Of a stretch of 64,000 nt of DNA, positions 29,430-40,082 are shown one piece after another; position 1 is the first letter of the stretch; every line of letters starts with the position of its first letter. A program made the translations under genes and the position numbers. The DNA lies in assembly GCA_965140585.1 (NCBI GenBank), contig OZ223266.1, positions 32,001-96,000 on the forward strand. Direction: 5' to 3'. The DNA is from Spirochaetia bacterium (GTDB lineage Bacteria > Spirochaetota > Spirochaetia > UBA9216). The notes below the pieces were generated by a model. It ran no database searches, was not told the origin of the DNA, and was given only the letters and a program-made list of their open reading frames with translations.

Positions 29430-30148
29430 CTATCCTTCAACAGCATTATACAAGCCATCAATATCAAGAATATTGATGGTATTTTTTTAATTTCAACGAA
29501 ACCTTCAGATTCAAGGCTATGCAATTCCTTGCTCAAGGCCGATCGTGAAAGATTGAGATAATTTGCCATTGTTTCCATGTTGTATGAAAAATGATAGGTT
29601 ACAGACTTCCGTTTATTTGCAATCTGGATTAGAAAAAGGCATATACGGTCTCTGGCTTTCTGATACTTTAAAATATAGCCGTGATATATGAAATATTCAG
29701 ATTTCATTCCGAAATATTTGAGTACGGCATCTTTTAGGGGGCTTAGAATATCCATAAGTTCAACAAATTTTCTGCCCGGGATACTGATGATGGTTGCGTC
29801 CTTTTCAACCTTGATTAGTGCGGTAAGTCTGCTTCCTGTTACTGTTTCAAGGCATCCGAAAATTTCACCCTCGGCAAAAATATGATGAATAAGTTCTCTT
29901 CCGTCCGGAGTATACTGGACAGATTTTAAAATACCTTCCTGAATAAGCAGAATATTTTCAACAGCTTCATTCTCACTTAGAAGCGTAGTTTTCTGTGAAA
30001 CCTGATGTTTGATCATGTGTGGTTGAAGATAGAAGATAACTGTGTCGAGTATGTCCTTTTGCAGTTCAGAGAATAGCTCGAAGTTTTCAAATCTGCAGTT
30101 GACAAGCATCTTTATCTCCGGGAAATGACAATGTATTTCAGATGACAT
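29430..30148 (-). CDS. Crp/Fnr-family transcriptional regulator (1-nt deletion in an A7 run near the C-terminus)
   Basis: cNMP-like domain (GILKS..GRELI..GEIFG) and HTH MANYLNLSRSALSKEL. Adding one A at 29482-29488 restores KKNTINILDIDGLYNAVEG* ending at 29430. Confidence 0.82.
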
Positions 30149-30276
30149 TTTTATCTTATTTATTTCAAGAATCTCTGAATTTAAGATAAGTGTTGTCTTA
30201 GCATTAACAGCCCTACAAACGATACTATCCTAAAATCCTTCTAAAATCAAATTATTCTCAATCTAAGGAGATATAA

Positions 30277-31029
30277 ATGGCGACAAAAACAAAATTTGTT
30301 GGCTGGCCAAATTTTGAAGAGATGAAAGAAATTTTCAAGGAACATTTCATTATAGAAAGACGTGAAGACGGTGTTGTTCTTGTTCAGATGCATACACAGG
30401 GAGAATCCCAGCTCTGGAGTATGGAGCTTCATGATGCGATAGGAAAGATGTGGAGATTTCTCGGAACAGACAGAGAAACTGAATGTATTATTTTTACCGG
30501 AACCGGTGAAAACTGGATCAGTGTCTTTGAACCTGAGAGCTGGGCTCCGGAAAAGACAGATCCCGAAGGTACGCGTTATGATCATATGTTTATCGACGGA
30601 CGCAGAATGCTGATTGCACTTGTTCAGGATGTTGAAGTCCCCACCATCGGTGCTCTTGTAGGCAGGGGAGGACATTCTGAACTTGCCCTTATGTGCGACA
30701 TATGTATTATGGCTGAAGATTCTGTAATTTCTGATCCTCACTATATAAGCGGTATAGTTCCGGGCGATGGAATTCACAGCTGCTTTTTTGAGCTAATGGG
30801 CACAAGGTGTGCAGTGTATGCAATGTTCATGAATCAGATGATGGATGCATATACATGCCTTGAGTACAGGATGGTAAGTGAGGTTGTTCCCAGAGACAAA
30901 ATTATAGATCGTGCATACGAAATAGCAGATGTCATTATGGCTCAGCACAGGACAATACGAAGACTTACAACGCAGGTAGCAAGAAGACCCTGGAAACAGA
31001 ACCCTCATATCAAATTGAAATTGAAGTGA
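30277..31029 (+). CDS. Crotonase (enoyl-CoA hydratase) superfamily protein, beta-diketone-hydrolase-like; C-terminus probably lost
   Basis: IIFTGTG, VPTIGAL.G.G.HSELALMCD, DPH...IVPGDG. After RRPWKQ the sequence runs into HtpG coding DNA. Confidence 0.75.
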   Translation: MATKTKFVGWPNFEEMKEIFKEHFIIERREDGVVLVQMHTQGESQLWSMELHDAIGKMWRFLGTDRETECIIFTGTGENWISVFEPESWAPEKTDPEGTRYDHMFIDGRRMLIALVQDVEVPTIGALVGRGGHSELALMCDICIMAEDSVISDPHYISGIVPGDGIHSCFFELMGTRCAVYAMFMNQMMDAYTCLEYRMVSEVVPRDKIIDRAYEIADVIMAQHRTIRRLTTQVARRPWKQNPHIKLKLK

Positions 31030-32663
31030 ATATAAAAAACTCTACCCTAACAATATCTGATAACGGCCTTGGCCTGGATTCTGATGAAGTAAATCGTTAT
31101 ATTAATCAGATTGCCTTTTCCGGGGCTTCCGATTTCCTTAATAAATTTAAAGAATGTCCGGATGAACAGCAGGTAATAGGACACTTCGGCCTTGGGTTCT
31201 ATTCATCATTCATGGTCGCAGATAAAGTGAGTATAAACAGTCTCTCATATAAAGATAATTCAGAAGGAATCTTTTGGGAATGTGACACCAGTATGAACTA
31301 TTCAATGAAAAAAGGTTCACGGTGCTGGACAGGAACCGATGTGATTCTACATCTTTCACCTTCATCTGAATATCTAAACCCTGTGCTGCTTGAAAAAACA
31401 GTAAAAAAATATTTCCGATTTTTCCCCGTACCTATTTGTATTAATTATATCAGCGAAACCGATGATAAATATCATGAATACGGAAGCCGGGTAATTAATG
31501 ATATTGAACCCCTGTGGAACAGAAAACCGGAATATTGTTCAAGAGATGATTATTTGAATTTCTATCAGACTGTATTTGGAAAAAGTTCAAATCCTGTCCT
31601 CTGGATTCACTTGTATAAACCCGATATCGGCGTACGGGGGATCGTTTATTTCAGAGACAGAGATAGTATGGAAAGATCGCTTGATGGAACCATGCTCCTG
31701 TATAGTAATCAAGTCTTCATAAATGATTCGGCAAAGGGCATTATCCCTGAGTTTCTGTTTTTTCAGGATGGAATAATCGACTGTCAGAATATACCCCTGA
31801 TAGTCTCAAGAACTGATCTGCAGCAGGATGAATCCGTTTCCGTAATTGCAAAATATATAACAGAGCAAATTGCTTTTAAAATCTACGCTACCTTCGAGCA
31901 GGAAAGAGATTATTATGAACGCATATGGGAAGATCTAAATCCTTTTATTAAATTCAGCTGTCTAAAGGATAAGTATTTCAGCAGCTTTGCAGATAAAGCT
32001 GTTCTGTTTAAAAATCTTTCAGGTAAATATCTAAGCTTAAATGAATATCCGGAAGATAAAATCTATTACGTTTCAGATGAAATACAGCAATCGCATTATA
32101 TAAGCATATTCAGGACTGCCGGAATTGAGGCTCTGTACATGACTCATGTAGTTGATCAGCCTTATATTCAAAAGAAAGAGCTTAAGAATGAAAAGCTTAA
32201 ATTTTCCCGCATCGATACAGATTTTTTTGAAATCCTTGAAGATAAATCCACCTCACTGAATCCTGATGATAGAGATAAGCTCGAAAATATATTTTCAGAA
32301 ATCAGTGAAAAGCATAATCTAAGTTTAAAAATAATATATTTAAAGATCAATACTGTCTCTTCCCTGATAATAACCGATGAAGAAGTTCGGAGAATAAAAA
32401 GTACACTTGAACTATATGCTGCGAAAGGTGTGGATGTCTCAAAAATGGGTATGGATCCAAAGCAGATGAAAGACTCTTTATTACTGAATCTTAATAATTC
32501 AGTTGTTCGTTATATTCTTGATTGTGATGATGTTGAACTGTCTAAGGAGCTGAGTCGGCATCTTTTTGATCTTGCACGCCTGGCCCAGGAAACTCTTGAA
32601 GCTTCAGATATGGATGAGTTTATAAAGCGCAGTAACCGATTTATGGAAATACTTACAAAATAA
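31000..32663 (+). pseudogene. htpG: HtpG (Hsp90) lacking its N-terminal ATP-binding segment
   Basis: ISDNGLG, IGHFGLGFYSSFMVADKV, GTDVILH, IPLIVSR. The N-terminal FLRELISNA motif is absent. Confidence 0.82.
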
Positions 32664-32676
32664 GGAAGAAGAAAAT

Positions 32677-33225
32677 ATGAAAGATAAGGTAATATTCACT
32701 GCCGCCCTGACCGGGGCTGTGACACCTAAGGAAAAGAATCCTAATATACTCTTAACACCGGATGAATAGCAAAAGATGCTTATGAATGCTGGCAGGCAGG
32801 CGCAGCGGTTGTTTATATCCATATGCGTGATGAAAACGGTATAGGAACTATGGATGCTGACAGGTTTGAACAAACGGCAAAGTTGATAAGAGAGCGCTAT
32901 GATGTAGTTGTCAATATGACGACTTCAGGCGACCACCGGGCTTCTGATGCTCAGCGTATGCTGCATATCGATAGATTGGCTCCTGAAATAGCCTCATTTG
33001 ACGCAGGATCTTATAACTGGATGCCTTCAGGAGTCTTTATGAATTCTCCTCAGTTTCTGGAAAAACTCGGGAAGCTGATGATTGAAAAAAAGTAAAGCCT
33101 GAAATTGAGGTATTTGACAGCGGTATGATGGATATTGCCAATTATTATGTAGAGAAGGGGATTCTTCAGGGTTCTTTGCATTTTCAGTTTGTCCTGGGAT
33201 TTCTTGGGGCGCAGCGGTGAACGAC
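32677..33225 (+). pseudogene. Beta-keto acid cleavage enzyme (BKACE/Kce, DUF849), frameshifted and truncated
   Basis: MKDKVIFTAALTGAVTPKEKNP, AGAAVVYIHMRD, NMTTSG, PEIASFDAGS, KPEIEVFD spread over three frames. Confidence 0.8.
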
Positions 33226-33289
33226 AGCATGTATATTGTTGTTCCATCATTTGCTGCACAGTACGGATTTAATCCCGGTGTTTTAAGTT

Positions 33290-33588
33290 CCCTGGGAACT
33301 CTGGGCGGTATTATAGGGCTTATGCTGATGGCGTCGCTTACAGCAGATTTGTTTGGAACTTAATATCTCAATATTAACTATGGTTTTGTTTACATTGCAT
33401 ATCCTTTTGCAGGGCTAATAAGCCCCAGGCTCGCTGCTTATGCAAGCGATAGGAATAATGGCGATTTTTCTTTTGCTTTTCTAATGGTTGGGTCTATCGC
33501 CGTTATTGGATTGCTTCTGTCTGTCATTATAAGCGTAAATCAGAAGGAAAAGAATAAAAAATTAACAGGTGTAAAAAATGAGTGCTAA
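33290..33588 (+). pseudogene. C-terminal remnant of an OFA-like MFS transporter
   Basis: Manual translation LTADLFGT*YLNINYGFVYIAY..AGLISPRLA..DFSFAF. Confidence 0.6.
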
Positions 33589-34530
33589 AAATATTTTCGT
33601 AATAAATAATGGATCTACTTCCTGTAAAATTGCTTTGTTTGAAGATAAAAAACTTAAGGTTCAAGAAGAACTGTTTATTGATTCAGATTCGATCCGAGGT
33701 ATGAAGCTTGTTATTGATCAGCTGGATATGCGGACGGCGTTGGTAAAGGATTTTCTTGAGAAGGAGAATATTGATTCTTCAACATTTGATATTATTGTGA
33801 CCAGAGGCGGGACTATTCCTCCAAGTAAGGCCGGGGCGTATGCAGTGAATGCTCTTATGCTTAACACCCTCCGGTATGCTCCCATGGCCCAGCATGCAAG
33901 CTGGCTTTCCTGCATGATCGGAATGGAACTGGCAAGACCATTTAGAACACCGGTAATTATCTACGATGCCCCAGGCTCAGATGAATTTGATCCGAAAGCA
34001 AAAATTACCGGTCTGCCCGAGGTTACAATAGTGCCGGTAAGTCATGTGCTTAACATCAGGAAGGTTGCACGGGAAGTTGCTGAACGGCTGAAGCTGCCAT
34101 ACGAAGACGGCAATTTTATCGTTGCCCATCTTGGCGGCGGGATATCAATAAATATTCATAAGCAGGGCAGGATTGTGGACTCTGTCTATGATGATATGGG
34201 GCCGATGTCTCCCCAGCGTGCCGGAAGAATTCCAACCCGGTTTATGACTAAACTCTGCTACAGCGGAAAATTCACAGAAGCGGAGATGAAAAGACATCAG
34301 GCTGGCGAGGGCGGTTTAACCGCCTGGTTCGGTACCCAGGATTTGAGAAAAATTGAGAAACTGATTGATGATGGTAATGAAACGGCAAAGCTTGTATATG
34401 AGGCCATGACCTACCAGATCGCAAAGGGGATTGGAGAGCTCGCTCCGGTTGTAAACGGAAAAATTGATGCTGTTATTCTAACCGGAGGATGCGCCTGGAG
34501 CGAAAAGTTCACAAAACAGATTGCCGAAAG
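33578..34530 (+). pseudogene. buk: Butyrate kinase, C-terminus deleted and fused in frame to ptb
   Basis: INNGSTSCK, TRGG, HAS, HVLN, VAHLGGGIS, ILTGG. The conserved PGE.E C-terminus is missing. Confidence 0.8.
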
Positions 34531-35181
34531 TGCTCATGTTCTTGAGGGCGTATTCGATTCTGCCGGACATGGGATAGTTTATCCTGTTTTGATCGGGGAC
34601 AGTTTAGAAATAAAAGCTTTGATGAACAGGCTTGGATATTCAAATGAGCTCTGCCGAATTGTTGATTGTCCTGATGATAAACAACAGAGTGAAAAAGCGG
34701 TTGAACTGATAAACTCCGGTGAAGGTGATTTTTTGATGAAAGGACTTGTAGAAACAATAGATTTCTTGAAATCCGTCGTTAATAAGTCAAATAATCTTAC
34801 AACCGGTCAGGTAATGTCTCATAGGGCATTTGGTGAGTTTCCGGGATATCCCAAGTTTCTGGGACTGTCAGATGGAGTAAAGCAGGAGGACTTAACGGAT
34901 GTGAACTGGTAGGCCCGATTGCCTACGACCTGGCGTTGAGTTGTGAAGCCGCCGATATTAAGGGATATGAATGTGAACACAGCGGCAACTTTGATGCTCT
35001 GATTGTTCCTGATATTATCACCGGTAATTCGCTTGGAAAATGCTGGGGCCTGGTTCTCGGAGGTGAAATGTGCGGAATGCTTGTTGGCGCAAAGATCCCG
35101 ATTGCCTTATCGACCCGAAGCGCAAGCAAGGTTGATAAGTTCCGATCATTGGCACTATGTGCTGCGACATGTGGCGATTAG
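34531..35181 (+). pseudogene. Phosphate butyryltransferase (PTA/PTB) remnant with internal deletion
   Basis: PVLIGD, LMKGLVET, LSDG, then a frame switch to GPIAYDLA, LIVPDIITGN.LGK, GAKIPIALSTR. Confidence 0.78.
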
Positions 35182-35187
35182 TAAACT

Positions 35188-35466
35188 CTACAACTCATAT
35201 ATTTCCAGTGGAAGCTCATCAGGGTCTTTGAAAAAGGTAAATCTCCTGCCGGTATACTCATCAATGCGTATACTTTCAACCACGATACCGTTTTCAATCA
35301 GATATGCTGATGTTTCTTCCACAGATTCAACCACAAATGCCAGATGACGTAATCCCCTTGCCTCCGGATAACTCGGCCGTGCCGGTGGGTCGGGAAAAGA
35401 AAACAATTCTATACGGGTATTGTCCGGCAGTTTAAGATCCAGCTTGTATGAAGTCCTTTCAGCATA
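35188..35466 (-). pseudogene. VOC/glyoxalase (YaeR-like), 5'-truncated
   Basis: SYKLDL..IELFSFPDPPARPSYPEARGLRHLAF..FFKDPDELPLEIYE. No start codon, and the first His-bearing strand is missing. Confidence 0.78.
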
Positions 35467-35475
35467 TTAATTCCT

Positions 35476-36686
35476 TTATGCGGGTTTTTCAGTGAGCCAG
35501 AGGGGTAAATGTTTATGTTCGATACCGTTGCGGCTTAAATCAATCGGGTCCATACTTAAAACAAATTTGGGATAGTTATCCTCTATAATTTCGAGCGGCC
35601 TGAACTCCCTTTCTATTGTCTCGGGTGATGAAAGCAGATAACAAACCTGTATATATATCCTTGAATTGTTTTTTTCAGCAACAAAATCAATTTCATAATT
35701 TCCGATGTATCCGACAGTAATAGTGTAATGTCTTCTTCTAAGTTCTATATAGACAATGTTTTCCAGCAGAGAGCCTATATCCTGTGTTTTTCTGCGAGGT
35801 ACGGTATTCCTGAGTCCGTGATCATTAACGAATATCTTCTCGTTAATCTCAAGAATTCTTCTGTCTCTCAGATCATGGCGTTTTACATGATGGATTACAA
35901 AACAGGATTCCAGATATGAAGCGTAGTTCTGAGTGGTTTCCACTCCTACTGCTATTTTTTGAGATTTACAGTAATCAGCTATACGTTTAGCGGTGAAAAG
36001 GTTGCTGATATTATCAAAAAAGTAATAAATAATTTTTTCAAGAAGTGCTGTATTACGGATGGAATATCTTTCAATGATGTCTTTAAGCACAATGGTATTA
36101 TGGATAGAATCGATAATCTGTATTTTAACAGTTTCTTCGTCTGCGATATGATAAAGTACCGGCAATCCTCCATAGATTAGATAATTTTGGAAAATCTCCT
36201 GAGCGTGTTTTTGCCCGGTGATTGACAGGTGCTCATTATATGAAAAAGGTAGAATTTCCAATTGAACATACCTTCCGCTTAGCCTTGTTGCAAGTTCCCC
36301 CGAAAGTAATTCTGAATTTGCCCCTGTTATATAAATGTCCCAGTCTTTCTCTTTGTGGGGGCTGCTATTACCTTTTCCCATTCGCTGATATTCTGGATTT
36401 CATCAATCAGCAGGAATTTGTATCCGGATAAAGCCTGAAAGGGCTTTAATTTTTCTACTAAGTCTTTGTGGTCTGTTAATTCGATATTCTCAAGTGAGTC
36501 ACATTCCAGGAAAATACAGTTCTCAACTGCAACGACGCTGCTTTCGATAACGAAATCAGCCCATTGTCGTAAGATTGTACTTTTTCCGGTTCGTCTCATC
36601 CCTGTGATAACTTTAATAACCGGAGTTTTTATCCAGGATTTGAGTTGATTAAAGTAATCAGTACGGATTATTTCTGTTTCTTTCAT
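35476..36686 (-). pseudogene. AAA_14/DUF4143 ATPase with a single frameshift near 36360
   Basis: GMRRTGKS and LIDEIQ in 36327..36686. ITGANSELLSGE, GGLP and EIDFVAE in 35476..36381. The shift falls in a G5 run and could be a sequencing indel. Confidence 0.8.
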
Positions 36687-36925
36687 ACAGAAACAATTTT
36701 AACATATATGTTCTATTTTCCCCATACAGAAAATATTTCTACAGACAATACACAAATTTTGTTCACAGAATTCACACATTTAGAAATTATATTATGTACA
36801 TAATACTATTTAACCTGGTAACAGGTTCACTTCCCCCGTAGAAGGGATTTGGACAAGTGGTCTTTCCATGGGTATTTTTTTGCTATTTCGATTATTTGAA
36901 TTAGATAAGGTAGATAGATTAAGTA

Positions 36926-37480
36926 TTATCCCAGGATTCTTCTGGTCATTTCTTCGAGAGGAATATCATTGATGCCAAGGCTTGCTTGAATGAAAACACC
37001 GTCAAGGCAGGCAAGGATCAGTTCAGCAAGTATATCCTTGTCGGGGTCGTCCTCCACAAGTCGTCCAAGACCTTCTTTTACAGCCTTTTTCCAGTCGAGG
37101 TATATTTCACGGACTCTTTCCGCGGCCGCATCATTCCCTGAAATCCCGTCATAAATCAGATAAAGGTGGAGCCTTCCTCTTTTGCTGGCCCTTGTCAGAA
37201 GGCTGTATACAGCCTGAAGTATCTTTTCGGGCGGCAGGCCTCCCTTCATGGCTCCGACCCATCTTATGATGTCCTCGGTGAGCCTTCGCATGTGCCTTGT
37301 TGTAATTTCAAATATGAGTTCAGACTTGGTTGGATAGTAGTAATAGAGCGTCCCCTTGCTTATACCGCTTTCTTTTGCAATGTCAGAGAGGCTTGTATTC
37401 TCGGCCCCCTGCCGGATAATGAGATGAGCAGCAGCGCTGATGATTTTTTCACGGGTTTTTGCCGAGTCGGCATTCTTCAT
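36926..37480 (-). CDS. TetR/AcrR-family transcriptional regulator
   Basis: TSLSDIAKESGISKGTLYYYYPTKSEL HTH. Confidence 0.9.
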   Translation of the reverse strand: MKNADSAKTREKIISAAAHLIIRQGAENTSLSDIAKESGISKGTLYYYYPTKSELIFEITTRHMRRLTEDIIRWVGAMKGGLPPEKILQAVYSLLTRASKRGRLHLYLIYDGISGNDAAAERVREIYLDWKKAVKEGLGRLVEDDPDKDILAELILACLDGVFIQASLGINDIPLEEMTRRILG

Positions 37481-37570
37481 TTTACCCAAGGTACTTTCTC
37501 CATGTCTGAGCTGTGCACACATTATAACGCTTTTGGAGGTAAGCGTGAATCGTTTTTTTTATTTTGGGTA

Positions 37571-38371
37571 TCAGGAGCTTGTAATCTTGCCTATGCTGCC
37601 CGGATCGTTTTGTCTGATTATCTCCGGAATCTGCCCTGCCGCGGCCATTTTATCATCCTTGAACAAAAGAACCCCCAAAATTCCCTCAATTGCGGAAATC
37701 TGCTCGGCAGCGGGCTTAAGGTCTTCTGATGTTTTTACCAGATTGGCAGCTGCTGTAGCTGTTGCATCCGCGAGTGAGCCGCTTTTTGATATGACAGTTG
37801 CAAGATCGCAGTTCCCTATACTTGCAGAATGCCCCATTAGTGATGATGATGAACAGACTGAGACCGGAAGGTCAGCGGATGGTATTTTAAGTGCGAGATT
37901 TTTAAAAGGTGAGCGGGGGCCTGAAAACAGACTAATGATGATTGATTCAGGTTCATTTGCAACGGCAACGGGAACTTCCGCCGTCTGTATGAATATATCG
38001 CCGCCGTTTTCAATAATGACCTCCTTGAGGCCGCTTGCTGAATGCTTTTGAAATACAGCTTCAGCTGCCATCTGGGCTATGGTTCCGGCCACTGCCGCCA
38101 TTGGACCGACACCTGCATGTTTAGCAGCCGCTGCCATTCTTTTTGCGGCTTCAGGCGCATCCGGAGAGGCCTCCACAGGTGAAAATGAGGATAGAAAGAT
38201 ACGGTCGGTTTTAATATATTCTTCAAGATCCTCTCTGAGCCCGGTTATTATGCTGCTGAGTTCGTTGTACAATTTTTCCGTATGTTCTGTCTGCAGCGTT
38301 CCTGTCTGTCCGAATCTGAGTGATATACGGTATGATGCATCCCTGAACCTGAAGGTTCTGAATTCTCTCAT
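37571..38371 (-). CDS. UPF0280 family (ApbE-like; MA1715 homolog)
   Basis: GVGPMAAVAG, IIENGGDI, CSSS..GHS.S.G..D, ADATATA..N. Confidence 0.87.
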   Translation of the reverse strand: MREFRTFRFRDASYRISLRFGQTGTLQTEHTEKLYNELSSIITGLREDLEEYIKTDRIFLSSFSPVEASPDAPEAAKRMAAAAKHAGVGPMAAVAGTIAQMAAEAVFQKHSASGLKEVIIENGGDIFIQTAEVPVAVANEPESIIISLFSGPRSPFKNLALKIPSADLPVSVCSSSSLMGHSASIGNCDLATVISKSGSLADATATAAANLVKTSEDLKPAAEQISAIEGILGVLLFKDDKMAAAGQIPEIIRQNDPGSIGKITSS

Positions 38372-38373
38372 CT

Positions 38374-38799
38374 TTAGAATATAGAACTGCAGGCTCCGAA
38401 GGGACAGTTTCGTATGCAGCTCAGGCACTCAATGCATTTATCGCGATGAAAATCAATCGCTCTTGAACGATCCTGTACCACATACAGGGCTCCGGTGGGG
38501 CAGTGGGGAACACAGTTTCCGCATCCGGTACACTTGTCCTTATCCCATAGAAGACTGTTTTCGGTGAGGTTGATTTCAACATTGCATGAGCGGATGAACT
38601 CAAAACCCTGGTCTATCTGGTCCTCGGTTCCTTTCACATCAATTGCAATGTAGCCTTCTTCATTCGGTGTAACTCTTGCCCGGTAAATGTTAATTTCAAG
38701 GTCGTATTTTCTAATAAGGCCGGTAATTATCGGCTGACCGGATACAAACTTCGGAAAGCTCAGTATTACTCTTCTGGTTATTTCTCCGGCTGTGCTCAT
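38374..38799 (-). CDS. NIL-domain ferredoxin (MA1822-like Fe-S subunit of aspartate-semialdehyde sulfurtransferase)
   Basis: NIL domain (INIYRA) plus two CxxCxxCxxxCP motifs. Confidence 0.87.
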   Translation of the reverse strand: MSTAGEITRRVILSFPKFVSGQPIITGLIRKYDLEINIYRARVTPNEEGYIAIDVKGTEDQIDQGFEFIRSCNVEINLTENSLLWDKDKCTGCGNCVPHCPTGALYVVQDRSRAIDFHRDKCIECLSCIRNCPFGACSSIF

Positions 38800-39992
38800 T
38801 TCTTCTCTCCCTGTGCTCTGACATCCAGTGGGCTCATCCCCTGATTCACCGGCAGCTGCCTGAAGGGCTTGCTGAGATTGAAGTCTCCCTTACGAATTTC
38901 CTCTTTCAGAAGTTCGGCAATCTTGAGTGCTTTTGAATATGAGGACATTGAGCCGGTTGCAACCTTCTTTCCGTTTAAATCAACGGTTCCGCTTCTAAGG
39001 TCGGCATATGACAGTCTTCCAAGTATGTCTCCGCGCCTTTCAGGATATGATGATGAATAGTCAATTACTTCGGCAAATATTTCGCTGTCGCGTACACAGC
39101 ACTGCCTGAGAACTTCCTTATCAAGTACAGGAATCGGAATCCCCACTCCGAGAGCGAGTGATACTCCATAGCCCTTGAGGCTGACGCCCCTGACGAACTC
39201 TGGATTCATCTCCTTCATGTTTCCGGTAAGAGCCAGAGTTCCGGCACCCTCCATGGGAACACCGTTTTCCCCTCTCTGGCAGGATGAAGCGTGCTGGGTC
39301 CCCTCAGAGTACACGTGTCCGTGAGCGCCTGCAAGCCAGATGCTTGTACCCACTCCGATTGTCCGGTAGAGAGGGTCGTTAAGCAGCGGTGAAAGCTGTC
39401 CGGCCGAGCAGTATGTAAGGTTTTTCATGTTCGGTCTAAGCTCACCCAGATATGTATAAATGGGCTTGTCGGAACAATTGATTGCCACATTGTAGTTCTG
39501 GTAGCAGTTCCGGGGATTAGTCATTATAGCCTGGTTAAGATCATCTATTGTGAAATATGTTCTTATCTCTTTAAGCGGATATTCATCAGTCCCGTAACTG
39601 AGTGCAAACAGCTGAAGCTCCTCACCTGCCACAAGTTTTTCAATAACGTGGCCTCCGCCGTAGAAAAAGTCGCCGGGATAGTACATGTTTGCAGGATCGT
39701 TGTGCCGAAGCTGGGTTGCCCCGAGGTATACATCAACTGCTGCAATACCTGCATATGCCATGACATCATCAATCCAGACTTCAGTCATACGCATCTTCGG
39801 CTTTGAGTGTCCGAAGTTTAGAAAACACCCTGAAGAGCACATCGGTCCGAATGTTGCTGTGGTAACTACATCTATTTCAGCAGCGGCCTCATCAAGACCC
39901 TTTCTGTCGACGTAGTCCATAACTTCATCTGCCGTAAGGACTACCGCCTTTCCCGACTCTATTCTTTGGTTGATCTCATCGTATGTTTTCAT
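38796..39992 (-). CDS. Homocysteine biosynthesis enzyme (DUF39/MA1821-like L-aspartate semialdehyde sulfurtransferase), without CBS domains
   Basis: DVVTTATFGPMCSSG, YGGGHVIE, NPRNCYQNY, SAGQLSPLLNDP, EGTQH. Confidence 0.9.
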   Translation of the reverse strand: MKTYDEINQRIESGKAVVLTADEVMDYVDRKGLDEAAAEIDVVTTATFGPMCSSGCFLNFGHSKPKMRMTEVWIDDVMAYAGIAAVDVYLGATQLRHNDPANMYYPGDFFYGGGHVIEKLVAGEELQLFALSYGTDEYPLKEIRTYFTIDDLNQAIMTNPRNCYQNYNVAINCSDKPIYTYLGELRPNMKNLTYCSAGQLSPLLNDPLYRTIGVGTSIWLAGAHGHVYSEGTQHASSCQRGENGVPMEGAGTLALTGNMKEMNPEFVRGVSLKGYGVSLALGVGIPIPVLDKEVLRQCCVRDSEIFAEVIDYSSSYPERRGDILGRLSYADLRSGTVDLNGKKVATGSMSSYSKALKIAELLKEEIRKGDFNLSKPFRQLPVNQGMSPLDVRAQGEKK

Positions 39993-40082
39993 GAATCTGA
40001 GCGTAAACCATTGTATTATTTATTTCAAGAGATGCCCGAAAATGCTTGCAATTAAGCGCTAAAAAATACAAAATATAATTGT

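Noticed and set aside
31026-32663. HtpG-like protein as an anti-phage (sacsin/MORC-type) component
   Set aside because: It is colinear with ordinary HtpG, is N-terminally truncated, sits among metabolic genes and has no nuclease partner.
33578-34912. Novel butyrate kinase-phosphotransbutyrylase fusion enzyme
   Set aside because: Both halves lack essential segments and the rest of ptb continues in another frame, so this is a deletion product.
28239-36686. The two AAA_14/DUF4143 ATPases as an active defence system
   Set aside because: Both are interrupted, lack partner genes and belong to a family commonly scattered in such genomes.
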